Assembly (NCBI GenBank): GCA_034520965.1
Contig: JAXHMY010000001.1
Location: 192,001 to 256,000, forward strand
Direction of reading: 5' to 3'
DNA: 64,000 nucleotides
Origin: Spirochaetia bacterium
Lineage (GTDB): Bacteria; Spirochaetota; Spirochaetia; DSM-16054; Sediminispirochaetaceae
Shown piece by piece: positions 49,665 to 58,536 of this stretch (the stretch's first letter is position 1; each line of letters starts with the position of its first letter). The translations under genes and the position numbers were made by a program. The notes beneath the pieces were generated by a model. That model was not told where the DNA came from, made no database searches, and was given only the letters and a program-made list of their open reading frames with translations.

Positions 49665-50830
49665 ACGTGTTCCACTCCTTGCTCGCTTTTTTGCTCTGAG
49701 GCGGTATTCTGCTGTGCGCTGCGGGTGAGCCGGTGAATTGTAAGCCGTGCTACACCTGCGGCGGTAATCAAACCTAACAATTTGCTGCTCCCGTCAATAA
49801 TCGGAATCGGCAATTCCCTATCGGCCAGCATCTGCGCCGCATCGCGAATAGTGGCATCCTCTATCTTTAACTTGCGATCCGTGCGGATTGCTTCGTCAAC
49901 CGGACCGTTACGGCGGGCGATTTTCTTCACTTCATTCAGAATGACCATTCCGCTCCACACTCCCCGGCGATTGACCACCTGCGCCGTTTCGTATCCAGCC
50001 TCTTCCATTAACTCCAGTACCTCCGAGGCGGGCATCTGCGGCTGTACGGTAAGCGGTGCAGTTTCTATCAGCGGGCTGATGGAAGCATCAGGTGAAATTT
50101 TACTCAACTGATCCTCTCCGATAAAATCACGTACAAAACTGTTTTTCGGGGAGTTCTTAAGCTCCTCCGGGGTTCCAACCTGCTCGACCCGGCCTCCCCG
50201 CATTAACACAATCCGGTCGCCCAGCTTTAAAGCTTCATCAATATCATGGGTTACAAAAATGATGGTCTTATGCAGCTTTTCCTGCAGATCCAGTAGTTCT
50301 CCCTGTAGATGCTCGCGACTAATGGGGTCCAGGGCCCCGAAGGGCTCATCCATCAAAACCACGTCTGGTTCCACCGCCAGAGCCCGCAGCACACCGATTC
50401 TCTGTCGCTGCCCTCCGGACATATCCGCCGGCAAGCGGTACTTAAAGGTATCCGGATCAAGCCCCGCCATCTCTAAAAGCTCATTCACCCTGCGATAGAT
50501 CCGCGGTTTATCCCATTTATGCAGATGCAGCACCATGGCGATGTTCTCTGATACCGTAAGGTGGGGCATTAAGCCTGTTTCCTGAATTACATAGCCTATA
50601 TTCCGCCTCAGCTTGACCGCATTGCTTTCCCGAATATCTTTCCCATTTATCAGGATTCTCCCGGTGCTCACCTCTTCCAGACGGTTTATCATCTTCAGCG
50701 AGGTGGTTTTACCACAACCCGAGGGGCCGATGAACACCACACACTCGCCTTTTTGCACATTCAGATTAAGCGAGTCTACCGCTTTAGTTCCATCGCTGTA
50801 TATCTTAGTAACTCCTTCAAATGTAACCAT
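49661..50830 (-). CDS. Osmoprotectant ABC ATP-binding protein with CBS domains (OpuCA-like)
   Basis: 'GPSGCGKTT.LKMINRL', 'LRRNIGYVIQ', 'MSGGQRQR', 'MDEPFGALDPI'; C-terminal CBS pair. Confidence 0.92.
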   Translation of the reverse strand: MVTFEGVTKIYSDGTKAVDSLNLNVQKGECVVFIGPSGCGKTTSLKMINRLEEVSTGRILINGKDIRESNAVKLRRNIGYVIQETGLMPHLTVSENIAMVLHLHKWDKPRIYRRVNELLEMAGLDPDTFKYRLPADMSGGQRQRIGVLRALAVEPDVVLMDEPFGALDPISREHLQGELLDLQEKLHKTIIFVTHDIDEALKLGDRIVLMRGGRVEQVGTPEELKNSPKNSFVRDFIGEDQLSKISPDASISPLIETAPLTVQPQMPASEVLELMEEAGYETAQVVNRRGVWSGMVILNEVKKIARRNGPVDEAIRTDRKLKIEDATIRDAAQMLADRELPIPIIDGSSKLLGLITAAGVARLTIHRLTRSAQQNTASEQKSEQGVEHV

Positions 50831-51942
50831 TATTCTCCCCTAAACTTTTGTGTAACCTTATCGAGAACTGTGAGAAAGGTGTTGTTTTCACTGGGTTTTC
50901 CCACTGTTACCCGAATATGACTGTCTAAACCCCAACCTGCCGCTGAACGCACGATGACCCCTTGCTTTAACAGATCATGGGCTGCTTGATCCGCCGGGAA
51001 GGCAGCATCAAACAGGATAAAATTGGCCTGGGAGTGGTATACAGTAAATCCCCTTTCTTCTAAAGCTGCCTGCAGACGTTCGCGCTCGGTTTGTACCACA
51101 GCAATTGTCTCCGCAACAGCTGCCTGCTCTTGTTCAAGGGTTGCCCAGGCACCGGCCAGGCCAATCCGGTTGGCGTTAAAGGGCTCTGCCACCGTATCGA
51201 TCACTTTTATCAAGTCCGGGTGGGCAATCGCATACCCAAGGCGCGCACCGGCCAGTCCGTACGCTTTAGAGAAGGTACGAACCGATACTAGAGGCAGCTC
51301 TTCTTTAATTAATTCTACCCGATCCGGCAGCAGGCTCTGGTCTGCAAACTCCGCGTAGGCCTCATCCAGTACCAGCCAGCAGCCTTCCGGGAGGCTCCGG
51401 GCAAAACTTAGTAGGTCGGCCTTGTCTACAACAGTTCCGGTTGGGTTGTTCGGATTACAGAGCCAAACCACGCGGGTATTCGGACGGACGCTCTCCCGCA
51501 GTTTTTGCATGTCAATCTGCATATCCGCCGTGACCGGAGTGTGTTCAACCTTCCCTCCCATTAGGCGGGAGATTTCGCGGTACAGCCCGTAGGTGTACTG
51601 GGGAATCAGGATGTGTGCTCCCGGCTCAACGAAGGTTTTCGCCAGGGTTTCCAGCATTCCCCCGGCCCCATGGGAGACGGCAATCCACCGCTCATCAAGG
51701 CCGTACATCTCGGCTATTTTGCGCTTCATCTCGACAAAACTATTATCTGGGTAGGTGTGCAGCAGGAGCACCTCCTGCTGCATTGCTTCGACCGCCGCAG
51801 GATACGGCCCCCAGGGGTTCTCATTTGAGCCGAGCTTAATTACCCGCTCCAGCTCATATTGCCGTTTTACTTCTTCAATAGTCTTACCGGCCACATAAGG
51901 TTGCACATCTTTAATATCAGGCCGTATTCCGGCAAGTTTCAT
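50830..51942 (-). CDS. HisC-like PLP aminotransferase (fold I, subfamily I-beta)
   Basis: 'KLGSNENP', 'YPD', 'CNPNNPTG', 'LDEAY.EF', PLP lysine 'RTFSKAYGLAGARLGY'. Confidence 0.9.
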   Translation of the reverse strand: MKLAGIRPDIKDVQPYVAGKTIEEVKRQYELERVIKLGSNENPWGPYPAAVEAMQQEVLLLHTYPDNSFVEMKRKIAEMYGLDERWIAVSHGAGGMLETLAKTFVEPGAHILIPQYTYGLYREISRLMGGKVEHTPVTADMQIDMQKLRESVRPNTRVVWLCNPNNPTGTVVDKADLLSFARSLPEGCWLVLDEAYAEFADQSLLPDRVELIKEELPLVSVRTFSKAYGLAGARLGYAIAHPDLIKVIDTVAEPFNANRIGLAGAWATLEQEQAAVAETIAVVQTERERLQAALEERGFTVYHSQANFILFDAAFPADQAAHDLLKQGVIVRSAAGWGLDSHIRVTVGKPSENNTFLTVLDKVTQKFRGE

Positions 51943-53648
51943 TCTTTTTCCGCTCCTTTAAATATCTCTGCTTCCATGTGTTCTTCCACGAGTTCGATAA
52001 TAGTCGGTTTGTTTTGTTCAAAGGCCTGTTGTACCGTGTGGCGAAAAACTTTGCCCAAATTGGAACTGGCAAAGCTGCGGTAATCTGCACCATAGGCTGC
52101 AGAGAGCAGCTCAAAGTTAGGCGGGGTGATATCAACTGCAATCCGCTTTCCAGGATGGCGAAGCTCTTCGGTTTTGCGAATCTCTCCATAGCCTCGGTTG
52201 TTCCAGATGATAATTGGAAGCCCCTGGCGCTGCTCCGCAGCAACCGCCAACTCCTGTAGGGTAAATTGAAAACCCCCGTCACCGGTAAGGACCACTACCG
52301 GAAGCTGCGGACGGCCGGCCTTTATTCCGATCCCGGCCGGCAGGGCATAGCCCAAGGCACCGAAACCAACCGGATGTAGAAACTTACCGGGAGAATCAAC
52401 CATCCACTCACTTATCGCCGCATAGGCGGGGGTAGTCATATCGGTCACACACACTCCCTCTGTGGGCAGTGCGGCCCGCAGTTCCTTCAACATATGCAGG
52501 ACCCGGGATAACTCCCCCTTCGGGATACCGGTAACCGTCGCAAGTTCCATCTGAGAGTGTTTTAAAGCCGCCTGTACTTCCGCAGCCATAGAGGTTCTCT
52601 CGTCCGCCTGCATGTTCAACTGCTCCAAACGAACGTTGATACCCCGGAGTACCCCGGCGGCATCTGCTTGTATTGCCCCCTCTGAATGGGGAAAACGTTG
52701 GAGTATTCCCTCTTCCAAATTGATAAGCAGCAGCTTGGGACCTAGATCGAGTTGAGTTTCCCAAAGATCGGTTGCAGACAACTGAGTGCCCACTGCAATG
52801 ACAAGATCCATTGACTCGAGCAGACGGGCGGTACCGGAGAAATGGAGTCTGGTGCCTAGAGACAGCGGGTTATCCTCGGCTACCACGCCTTTCCCGGCGG
52901 CAGTAGTGACAATAAGCGCGCCTGTAAGCTCCTGCAGTTTTTGCACTTCCGCAGCACTTTTAATTGCTCCACCTCCGCAAATAAGTGCAATGCGGGGGCT
53001 GCGGCTTATTTTCTCTGCCGCAGCATGTATGATTTTTTCAGCTTGCGAGGGCGTATCCTGCACTGAATGGACACTCACGCCCTCAAGCCGGGCTATGTCC
53101 CCGTGAGAACCGCTTTTATCCCCGGTAAGCTGAGACTGCAGCACATCGAGGGGGATTTCCACATGAACAGGTCCGGGACGACCACTGTTCGCCAGCTCAT
53201 ACGCAGCACTGATGGTCGACTCGATCTTCTCTGCCTGTTCGATCCGCCAGGCGGCCTTTGAAATTGAGGCGGTCATACCGGTTGAATTTTCCAGCTCATG
53301 GAGAAAGCGGGAATGTCCGCCGATAAGAGCACTCGGTATTTGGCTGGAAATGACCAGCATTGGGATGCAGTCATGATACGCCTCTGCCATGGGTGTCATA
53401 ATATTGGTAAGACCGGGCCCTGTAATTACCAGGGCAATTCCGGCTTTTCCAGTAACCCTTCCCAGCCCCAACGCCATAAAACCGGCCCCGCTTTCGTTGC
53501 GACTGGTGATATGCCGCAGCTTTGAGTGGATTAAATAATCGTAAATATTCAAATTATGTATACCCGGAATACCGAATATACATGGGGCATCAAGCTTCTC
53601 AAGCGAATGAACTACCTCAGCTGCTCCCGTTATGGCGCTACCCTCCAT
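51939..53648 (-). CDS. ThDP-dependent 2-oxo-acid decarboxylase-like protein (AruI / ALS-like family)
   Basis: 'FGIPGIHNL', 'RNESGAGFMA', 'ITGPGLTN', 'LHEL', 'RPGPVHVEIP.D', ThDP motif 'GDGGFQFT...WNN'. Confidence 0.88.
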   Translation of the reverse strand: MEGSAITGAAEVVHSLEKLDAPCIFGIPGIHNLNIYDYLIHSKLRHITSRNESGAGFMALGLGRVTGKAGIALVITGPGLTNIMTPMAEAYHDCIPMLVISSQIPSALIGGHSRFLHELENSTGMTASISKAAWRIEQAEKIESTISAAYELANSGRPGPVHVEIPLDVLQSQLTGDKSGSHGDIARLEGVSVHSVQDTPSQAEKIIHAAAEKISRSPRIALICGGGAIKSAAEVQKLQELTGALIVTTAAGKGVVAEDNPLSLGTRLHFSGTARLLESMDLVIAVGTQLSATDLWETQLDLGPKLLLINLEEGILQRFPHSEGAIQADAAGVLRGINVRLEQLNMQADERTSMAAEVQAALKHSQMELATVTGIPKGELSRVLHMLKELRAALPTEGVCVTDMTTPAYAAISEWMVDSPGKFLHPVGFGALGYALPAGIGIKAGRPQLPVVVLTGDGGFQFTLQELAVAAEQRQGLPIIIWNNRGYGEIRKTEELRHPGKRIAVDITPPNFELLSAAYGADYRSFASSNLGKVFRHTVQQAFEQNKPTIIELVEEHMEAEIFKGAEKE

Positions 53649-53903
53649 AGCAATATAAAATTACTGCTCTAATTATTTAAATTTTGCTTTTTCCAATAGA
53701 ATTGAAGTTTTTTTAGTATATATAATATTATATTAGTTAGTCAATTATTTGTTTTATATATTTTGAAATATTTTTCTATTACATATATTATAAGTATTTA
53801 TATTATTATTATACTCTAATACTCGCTTATTTATTTTCTACTATAAACTTTTCTGCTATACTTTTTTACATACTGTACTAAATGTAATTAGTTTTACCAC
53901 AAC

Positions 53904-53937
53904 AAAAAGAGCCTGTAAGCATATTGCCTACAGTCCC
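53904..53937 (-). terminator. Orphan terminator-like hairpin (minus strand)
   Basis: Minus strand gggactgtaggca-ata-tgcttacaggctc TTTTTG; no annotated minus-strand gene directly upstream. Confidence 0.45.
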
Positions 53938-53984
53938 TTCACTGATCAGACCTCTTCTTTTGCTGATTCTTTTTGATTGATACG

Positions 53985-54036
53985 TTGACTGCCCGGTTTA
54001 ATTTCCTTATCATTAAGTTGGTTTACGCAACCTACT
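53985..54036 (+). promoter_or_regulatory. Promoter of the ROK regulator with XylR-like operator
   Basis: TTGACT-17 nt-TATCAT followed by AGTTGGTT-tacgc-AACCTACT (54016-54036). Confidence 0.7.
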
Positions 54037-54104
54037 CTTCGTTGCCACAGGTGCATCAATCTAATTGATTGTTATTTTAAAGAATTATGGGTAGTTAAAA
54101 GACA

Positions 54105-55244
54105 ATGAACGCTGACAGACAAAAGTATGATAACACAGTACAGAGTCATTATATTATCGGAATCAACGATACCAGGGTCCTTCGGGTATTGTGGACCGAA
54201 AAAACTATGAGCAGAATTGAACTGTCACGCTTTCTGGGCTTGGATAAATCCACCATTTCCAAGATTGTGAATAATCTGCTTAAAACAGGACTCATTAAGC
54301 TGGTGTCTGAGGGCGATTCCAGCCCCAACGGAGGCCGCAAGCCGACGTACCTTTCGATCAATCCGAATTATGGTGCTGTCCTGGGTATTGAAATGCAGCC
54401 GGATTTCTTTATTGCCGTACTAATAGACTTTTCCGGCAAGATTGTATTCCAGACAAAGGAACCTTTGTCACTCGAGGGAACTACCGTACCCGAGGCGGCA
54501 TATAAAATATACCAGAGCGTTGTAAAACAACTCGATGCTGTACATATACCTATAATCGGCGCGACTATCGGAGCCAGTGGATTGATAAACCCCTATGATG
54601 GTATTGTGTATCGATCAAATCCCCTCAGCATCACCGATCCGCAGCATATGTATGACGAACTCGATGATCTTTTTGATTTTCCAGTTCTCATAGACAACGA
54701 TGCCAACTGCGGAGCCTGGGGAGAATTAGCATTCAAAAAGGAAAAAATACAGGATGATGATTTTATTTTTGTGCTGGGAGAAACCCGCAAGAACCGGGTT
54801 ATTGATGCCCAGTACAGGGGTATTGCGATCGGCATGAGTGTGGTGATGGATCATAAGGTTCATTACGGCCAACAGTATTCGGCCGGCGAATTCCAGAGTA
54901 TTTTCCGCACCGGCAAATATCTGAATCAATTTTCCATTACAGACACAGAAGCCGAGATCTACGAGCAGGAGGAGAGACTGTTTGCCCAGGTGGCACATGA
55001 ACTTTCGCAGAATGTTGCCTTGCTGGTAAACATACTCAATCTACAGCAGGTTGTTTTGGGCGGAAGAATGGAGTACCACCCCGAAATACTATCTATTATG
55101 CAGGATGAAATAGCTAAAAACTGGTCGTATGACACCCCGGCTGAGGTTCTGGTACGCTTCAGTACCTTGCAGGAACTCACTATTGCCTATGGTGCGGCAG
55201 GTATGTTCCTGGAGGCGTTTTTCGGGCTACCGGACATCTCCTGA
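54105..55244 (+). CDS. ROK-family transcriptional repressor
   Basis: HTH 'SRIELSRFLGLDKSTISKIV', 'GGRKP', 'PVLIDNDANCGA.GE', 'SAGEF'. Confidence 0.9.
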   Translation: MNADRQKYDNTVQSHYIIGINDTRVLRVLWTEKTMSRIELSRFLGLDKSTISKIVNNLLKTGLIKLVSEGDSSPNGGRKPTYLSINPNYGAVLGIEMQPDFFIAVLIDFSGKIVFQTKEPLSLEGTTVPEAAYKIYQSVVKQLDAVHIPIIGATIGASGLINPYDGIVYRSNPLSITDPQHMYDELDDLFDFPVLIDNDANCGAWGELAFKKEKIQDDDFIFVLGETRKNRVIDAQYRGIAIGMSVVMDHKVHYGQQYSAGEFQSIFRTGKYLNQFSITDTEAEIYEQEERLFAQVAHELSQNVALLVNILNLQQVVLGGRMEYHPEILSIMQDEIAKNWSYDTPAEVLVRFSTLQELTIAYGAAGMFLEAFFGLPDIS

Positions 55245-55335
55245 CTCAAGCGGCCGGTTAACACCCACAAACTGCGAACAAGGGCCGCACAGGCAACTCC
55301 GTTCGTCTTTGAAAACGTGTAGTTGAAATCAGCTG

Positions 55336-56736
55336 CTATTCTGCGGCTGAGTATACCCGAATATAGTCTACTTCCATCTCCTGCGGGAAGACCGTCGTAT
55401 TATCCGGATACCCCGGCCAGTGCCCGCCGACCGCCACATTCAGAATGAAAAAGAATTTCTGGTTGAATACCCATTCGCCATTGGAGAACCGCTGCACATA
55501 CTCGGATGTAACCTGGTGATAGGGTTCTCCATCTACAAGCCATATAATCAGGTCTTTATCCCAGATAATGCTAAACACATGGAAGTCATCGGCAAAGCTG
55601 GAATCGATTTCGCAGGCACCGCTGATACCGCCCCCGCCTGAATAACCGGGTCCATGGACGGTTCCGTGCACTACAGAAGGATGCTGCCCCAGCATTTCCA
55701 TAATATCAATCTCTCCGCTTTGCGGCCAGCCGACGTCAGAAATGGATTCACCCAGCATCCAGATTGCCGGCCAGATCCCCTGTCCCCGCGGCATCTTGGC
55801 CCGTACGTCAATTCGTCCATACTGCACTGTGAATTTGTCCTGACTTATCATGCGGGCAGATGTGTAGTCGTATTCACCAAATTGATCGCTGCGGGAATCC
55901 TCACGGGCGCGAATCACCAGATGCCCGTCTCGAATGAATGCGTTTTCCAGTTCGGAGGTGTAGTACTGGCGCTCGGCATTACCCCAGCCGGGAATGCCGT
56001 TGGCGTGTCCGTTGCCGATTTCGAAACTCCATATATCGGTGTTAATTTCCTCGCCGTCAAACTCTTCGGCAAAATTGAGAGCCCATTCCCGGGCAAGATA
56101 CGAATCCATGTCGATTTCTTCCTGCCCTAGGGCAAGATCAACCTCGCCGACCGGAACAAGGGATGCCGCCGAGAGCCGTATATCACCAGTCTCACGCCCT
56201 AACTCGAACTCGAAACGGGCGTTAACATCGGTTTCGTGCAGCATGGTAAAAGTGAACGAGTGTGCCTGCGGTTTATCGCTGAGCTGTACCATAGTACCAC
56301 CGGCGTCTCCCCCTTGACCGGGGTTATACGGTGTCCACTCGCGACCAGCGGAGCCGCCGATCTTTACCTCGATTTCGCGCCTGGTATCCGCCCAAGCAAT
56401 AAAGTCCACCCGGTATTTTTGCCCTTGCTGTATTTCAATTGGTGCTTGCAGCACCTGTACCGACCAGGTATTGGGTCCGCCGTGGGTTATATCAATATGC
56501 AGGGCGTCATTTTTCTGCTGGTACTCGGCCTGAGCCCCATCGAACAAAAGCATCATCCAGTTATGGCGGGTATCATAGGCGCCATCATCCCGGGGCGGCG
56601 GCACATCAGCCAAAGCAGCCGAAAACTCGGCATTGCCCAGCAAATTCCGCTCATCTATATTGAGGGTAATTCGGTCACTTGCACAGGATGCTAGAGTAAT
56701 AAATACGATACACGTCAGTATAAAACCTTTCTTCAT
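55336..56736 (-). CDS. Lipoprotein endo-beta-1,3-glucanase: CBM4-like module + GH16 laminarinase domain
   Basis: Lipobox 'LASC'; 'WSVQVLQ...GQKYRVDF.A'; GH16 'GWGNAERQYY', 'YTSAR', 'WPAIWMLG', catalytic 'GEIDIME'. Confidence 0.9.
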   Translation of the reverse strand: MKKGFILTCIVFITLASCASDRITLNIDERNLLGNAEFSAALADVPPPRDDGAYDTRHNWMMLLFDGAQAEYQQKNDALHIDITHGGPNTWSVQVLQAPIEIQQGQKYRVDFIAWADTRREIEVKIGGSAGREWTPYNPGQGGDAGGTMVQLSDKPQAHSFTFTMLHETDVNARFEFELGRETGDIRLSAASLVPVGEVDLALGQEEIDMDSYLAREWALNFAEEFDGEEINTDIWSFEIGNGHANGIPGWGNAERQYYTSELENAFIRDGHLVIRAREDSRSDQFGEYDYTSARMISQDKFTVQYGRIDVRAKMPRGQGIWPAIWMLGESISDVGWPQSGEIDIMEMLGQHPSVVHGTVHGPGYSGGGGISGACEIDSSFADDFHVFSIIWDKDLIIWLVDGEPYHQVTSEYVQRFSNGEWVFNQKFFFILNVAVGGHWPGYPDNTTVFPQEMEVDYIRVYSAAE

Positions 56737-58104
56737 AATTCTACCTTTTCGTTTGTAACCGTAGTAATAGAATGGGCCGGAATAGCAGCATTGACAGTAT
56801 CATTGGTCCATTTTGCCTGCAATGATGCCGATGTATCGGCATCACCGCGATTTAGAATCACACAGACAACTGAACCATCTATGTTTTGAAAAGCAGACAC
56901 TTCCAGTTCGGTCGATGGATCTGACAGTTCACAGAATAGACACATCGCACCGGTATGGATGTAACGACTGAAATGACCGATGTAGGCATAGGATGACTGG
57001 TAATGAACTGTATCGGCATCAAGATCGGCAATGACAGGTGCATCACAGTAGTTGCCGACATGATTCGGCCCCCCCTGTATATCAAGGATCATGTTCCAGT
57101 CGAGCCATAATGTTACACCGGCATTCAGATCTCCGATGATGTTGTGAGCATAGGTCTCGCCACGATCCCATTGACCCAGCTTGACACCGCCTTCGATGCA
57201 GCCTTCCGAGAAAATGATCTCCTTGTCGGGGTAGGTTTCGCTTGGTTTCTCTCACCAGATCAAACTGATCGCCGGAGTACCAGTGAATCGCCTGTCCGGT
57301 TATGTACTGTGCGGTCTCCGGATCGGTCAGCACATCGGCAGCGCGATTAAACATTTCGTCACGATTGTGATCCCAGAAATATATACCAACGTCCTGCATT
57401 CCCTGACTGTCCAACAACGGACCAAGATACTCCCGTATAAACAAGGCCTCATCCGAGGCGGAATATCGGCAGCTGTCCCAGGTCTGGGTGGCTTCAGGTT
57501 CGTTTTGCACAGTCACCCCGAACACTTGAAATCCGTTGTCCCGCAGCTCGGTTATGTAACGAGCGAAATACGCAGCCCAGGCAGAGCGGTATTCCGGCAG
57601 CAATGCACCGCCGTTGTTCATTGATTGATTTGATTTCATCCATGCAGGAGGGCTCCATGGCGACAGCAGCAGGGGTAAATCGGTTCCGGCAGCTTTATAT
57701 GCTGCATGAATGAAGGGCCACAAATACTGTTTTTCCCGTTCACATGAAAACGACCATAGTTTTTTATCGCCGGGAATGTCCACAGCTGCATAATTATCGA
57801 GGGAAAAGTCACAGCTGTTCATATGCGTTCTGCCAAAGGTGTAGCCGATCCCGTGTTTAGCATCAAAATATGCTGTCATAATCTGCTGTTGTCTGTCTTT
57901 GGAAAGCTGTGACCAGACATACGCGGCTGATTCGGTAAAGGCGCCTCCGAAGCCGCGGAAAAGGTCCGGTCTGCGTTTTTCTCCTATTGAAATAACAGTG
58001 TCCGCGGATACCGAGGAAGGAAGTGGTTCTACTGTACGCCAGATCGAAGAGCTGTGTTTTTGGCTGGATTGAATAATTCGGGCTGTCATTGTCCTCTCCT
58101 TCAT
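56733..58104 (-). CDS. GH30 glycoside hydrolase (glucosylceramidase / beta-1,6-glucanase-like; frameshift near 57235)
   Basis: 'GFGGAFTESA', 'SCDFS', 'SPWSPPAWMK', acid/base 'QNEP', 'HWY'; after the shift, nucleophile 'FSEGC' and 'DWNM.LD..GGPNH'. Confidence 0.88.
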
Positions 58105-58536
58105 TTACGAAATAGCGAAATCAGCCGCAATCTGGCGAAGCTTTTCACGATTTTCGGCGGTCAGACGACATAGCGGCGAATTGTGTTCTCCGGTATCGGT
58201 ATTTTCCACAATCATTACTCGGGCATCAGGCGAAAGGGTATGCGAATGCCATACCCCTCGTTTTACGCTATATACGGCTCCCGGCTGCAGCTGGATTCCA
58301 TGAATATCAGTGATGGTTTCCTTACCTTCACCGATATACAGCACACAGCTTCCCTGCACCAAGAGGAAGACCTCAATGGTTTCGTTATGCTTCTGGAAGT
58401 GCGTAATGTTTTCGGGCAGCAGCTCATAATGATAATTGAGGACTGCAACTCTCCATCCGTTATAATCGACCACTGGTTTGTAACCGATCTCCGAATATGT
58501 GATAACTTCTACCATGTGATCCAGTGCTTTGCTCAT
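58105..58536 (-). CDS. Cupin-fold protein of unknown function
   Basis: 'KHNETIEVFLLVQG', 'PGAVYSVKRGVWH', 'IVEN..T'; coupled to the GH94 and GH30 genes. Confidence 0.75.
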   Translation of the reverse strand: MSKALDHMVEVITYSEIGYKPVVDYNGWRVAVLNYHYELLPENITHFQKHNETIEVFLLVQGSCVLYIGEGKETITDIHGIQLQPGAVYSVKRGVWHSHTLSPDARVMIVENTDTGEHNSPLCRLTAENREKLRQIAADFAIS

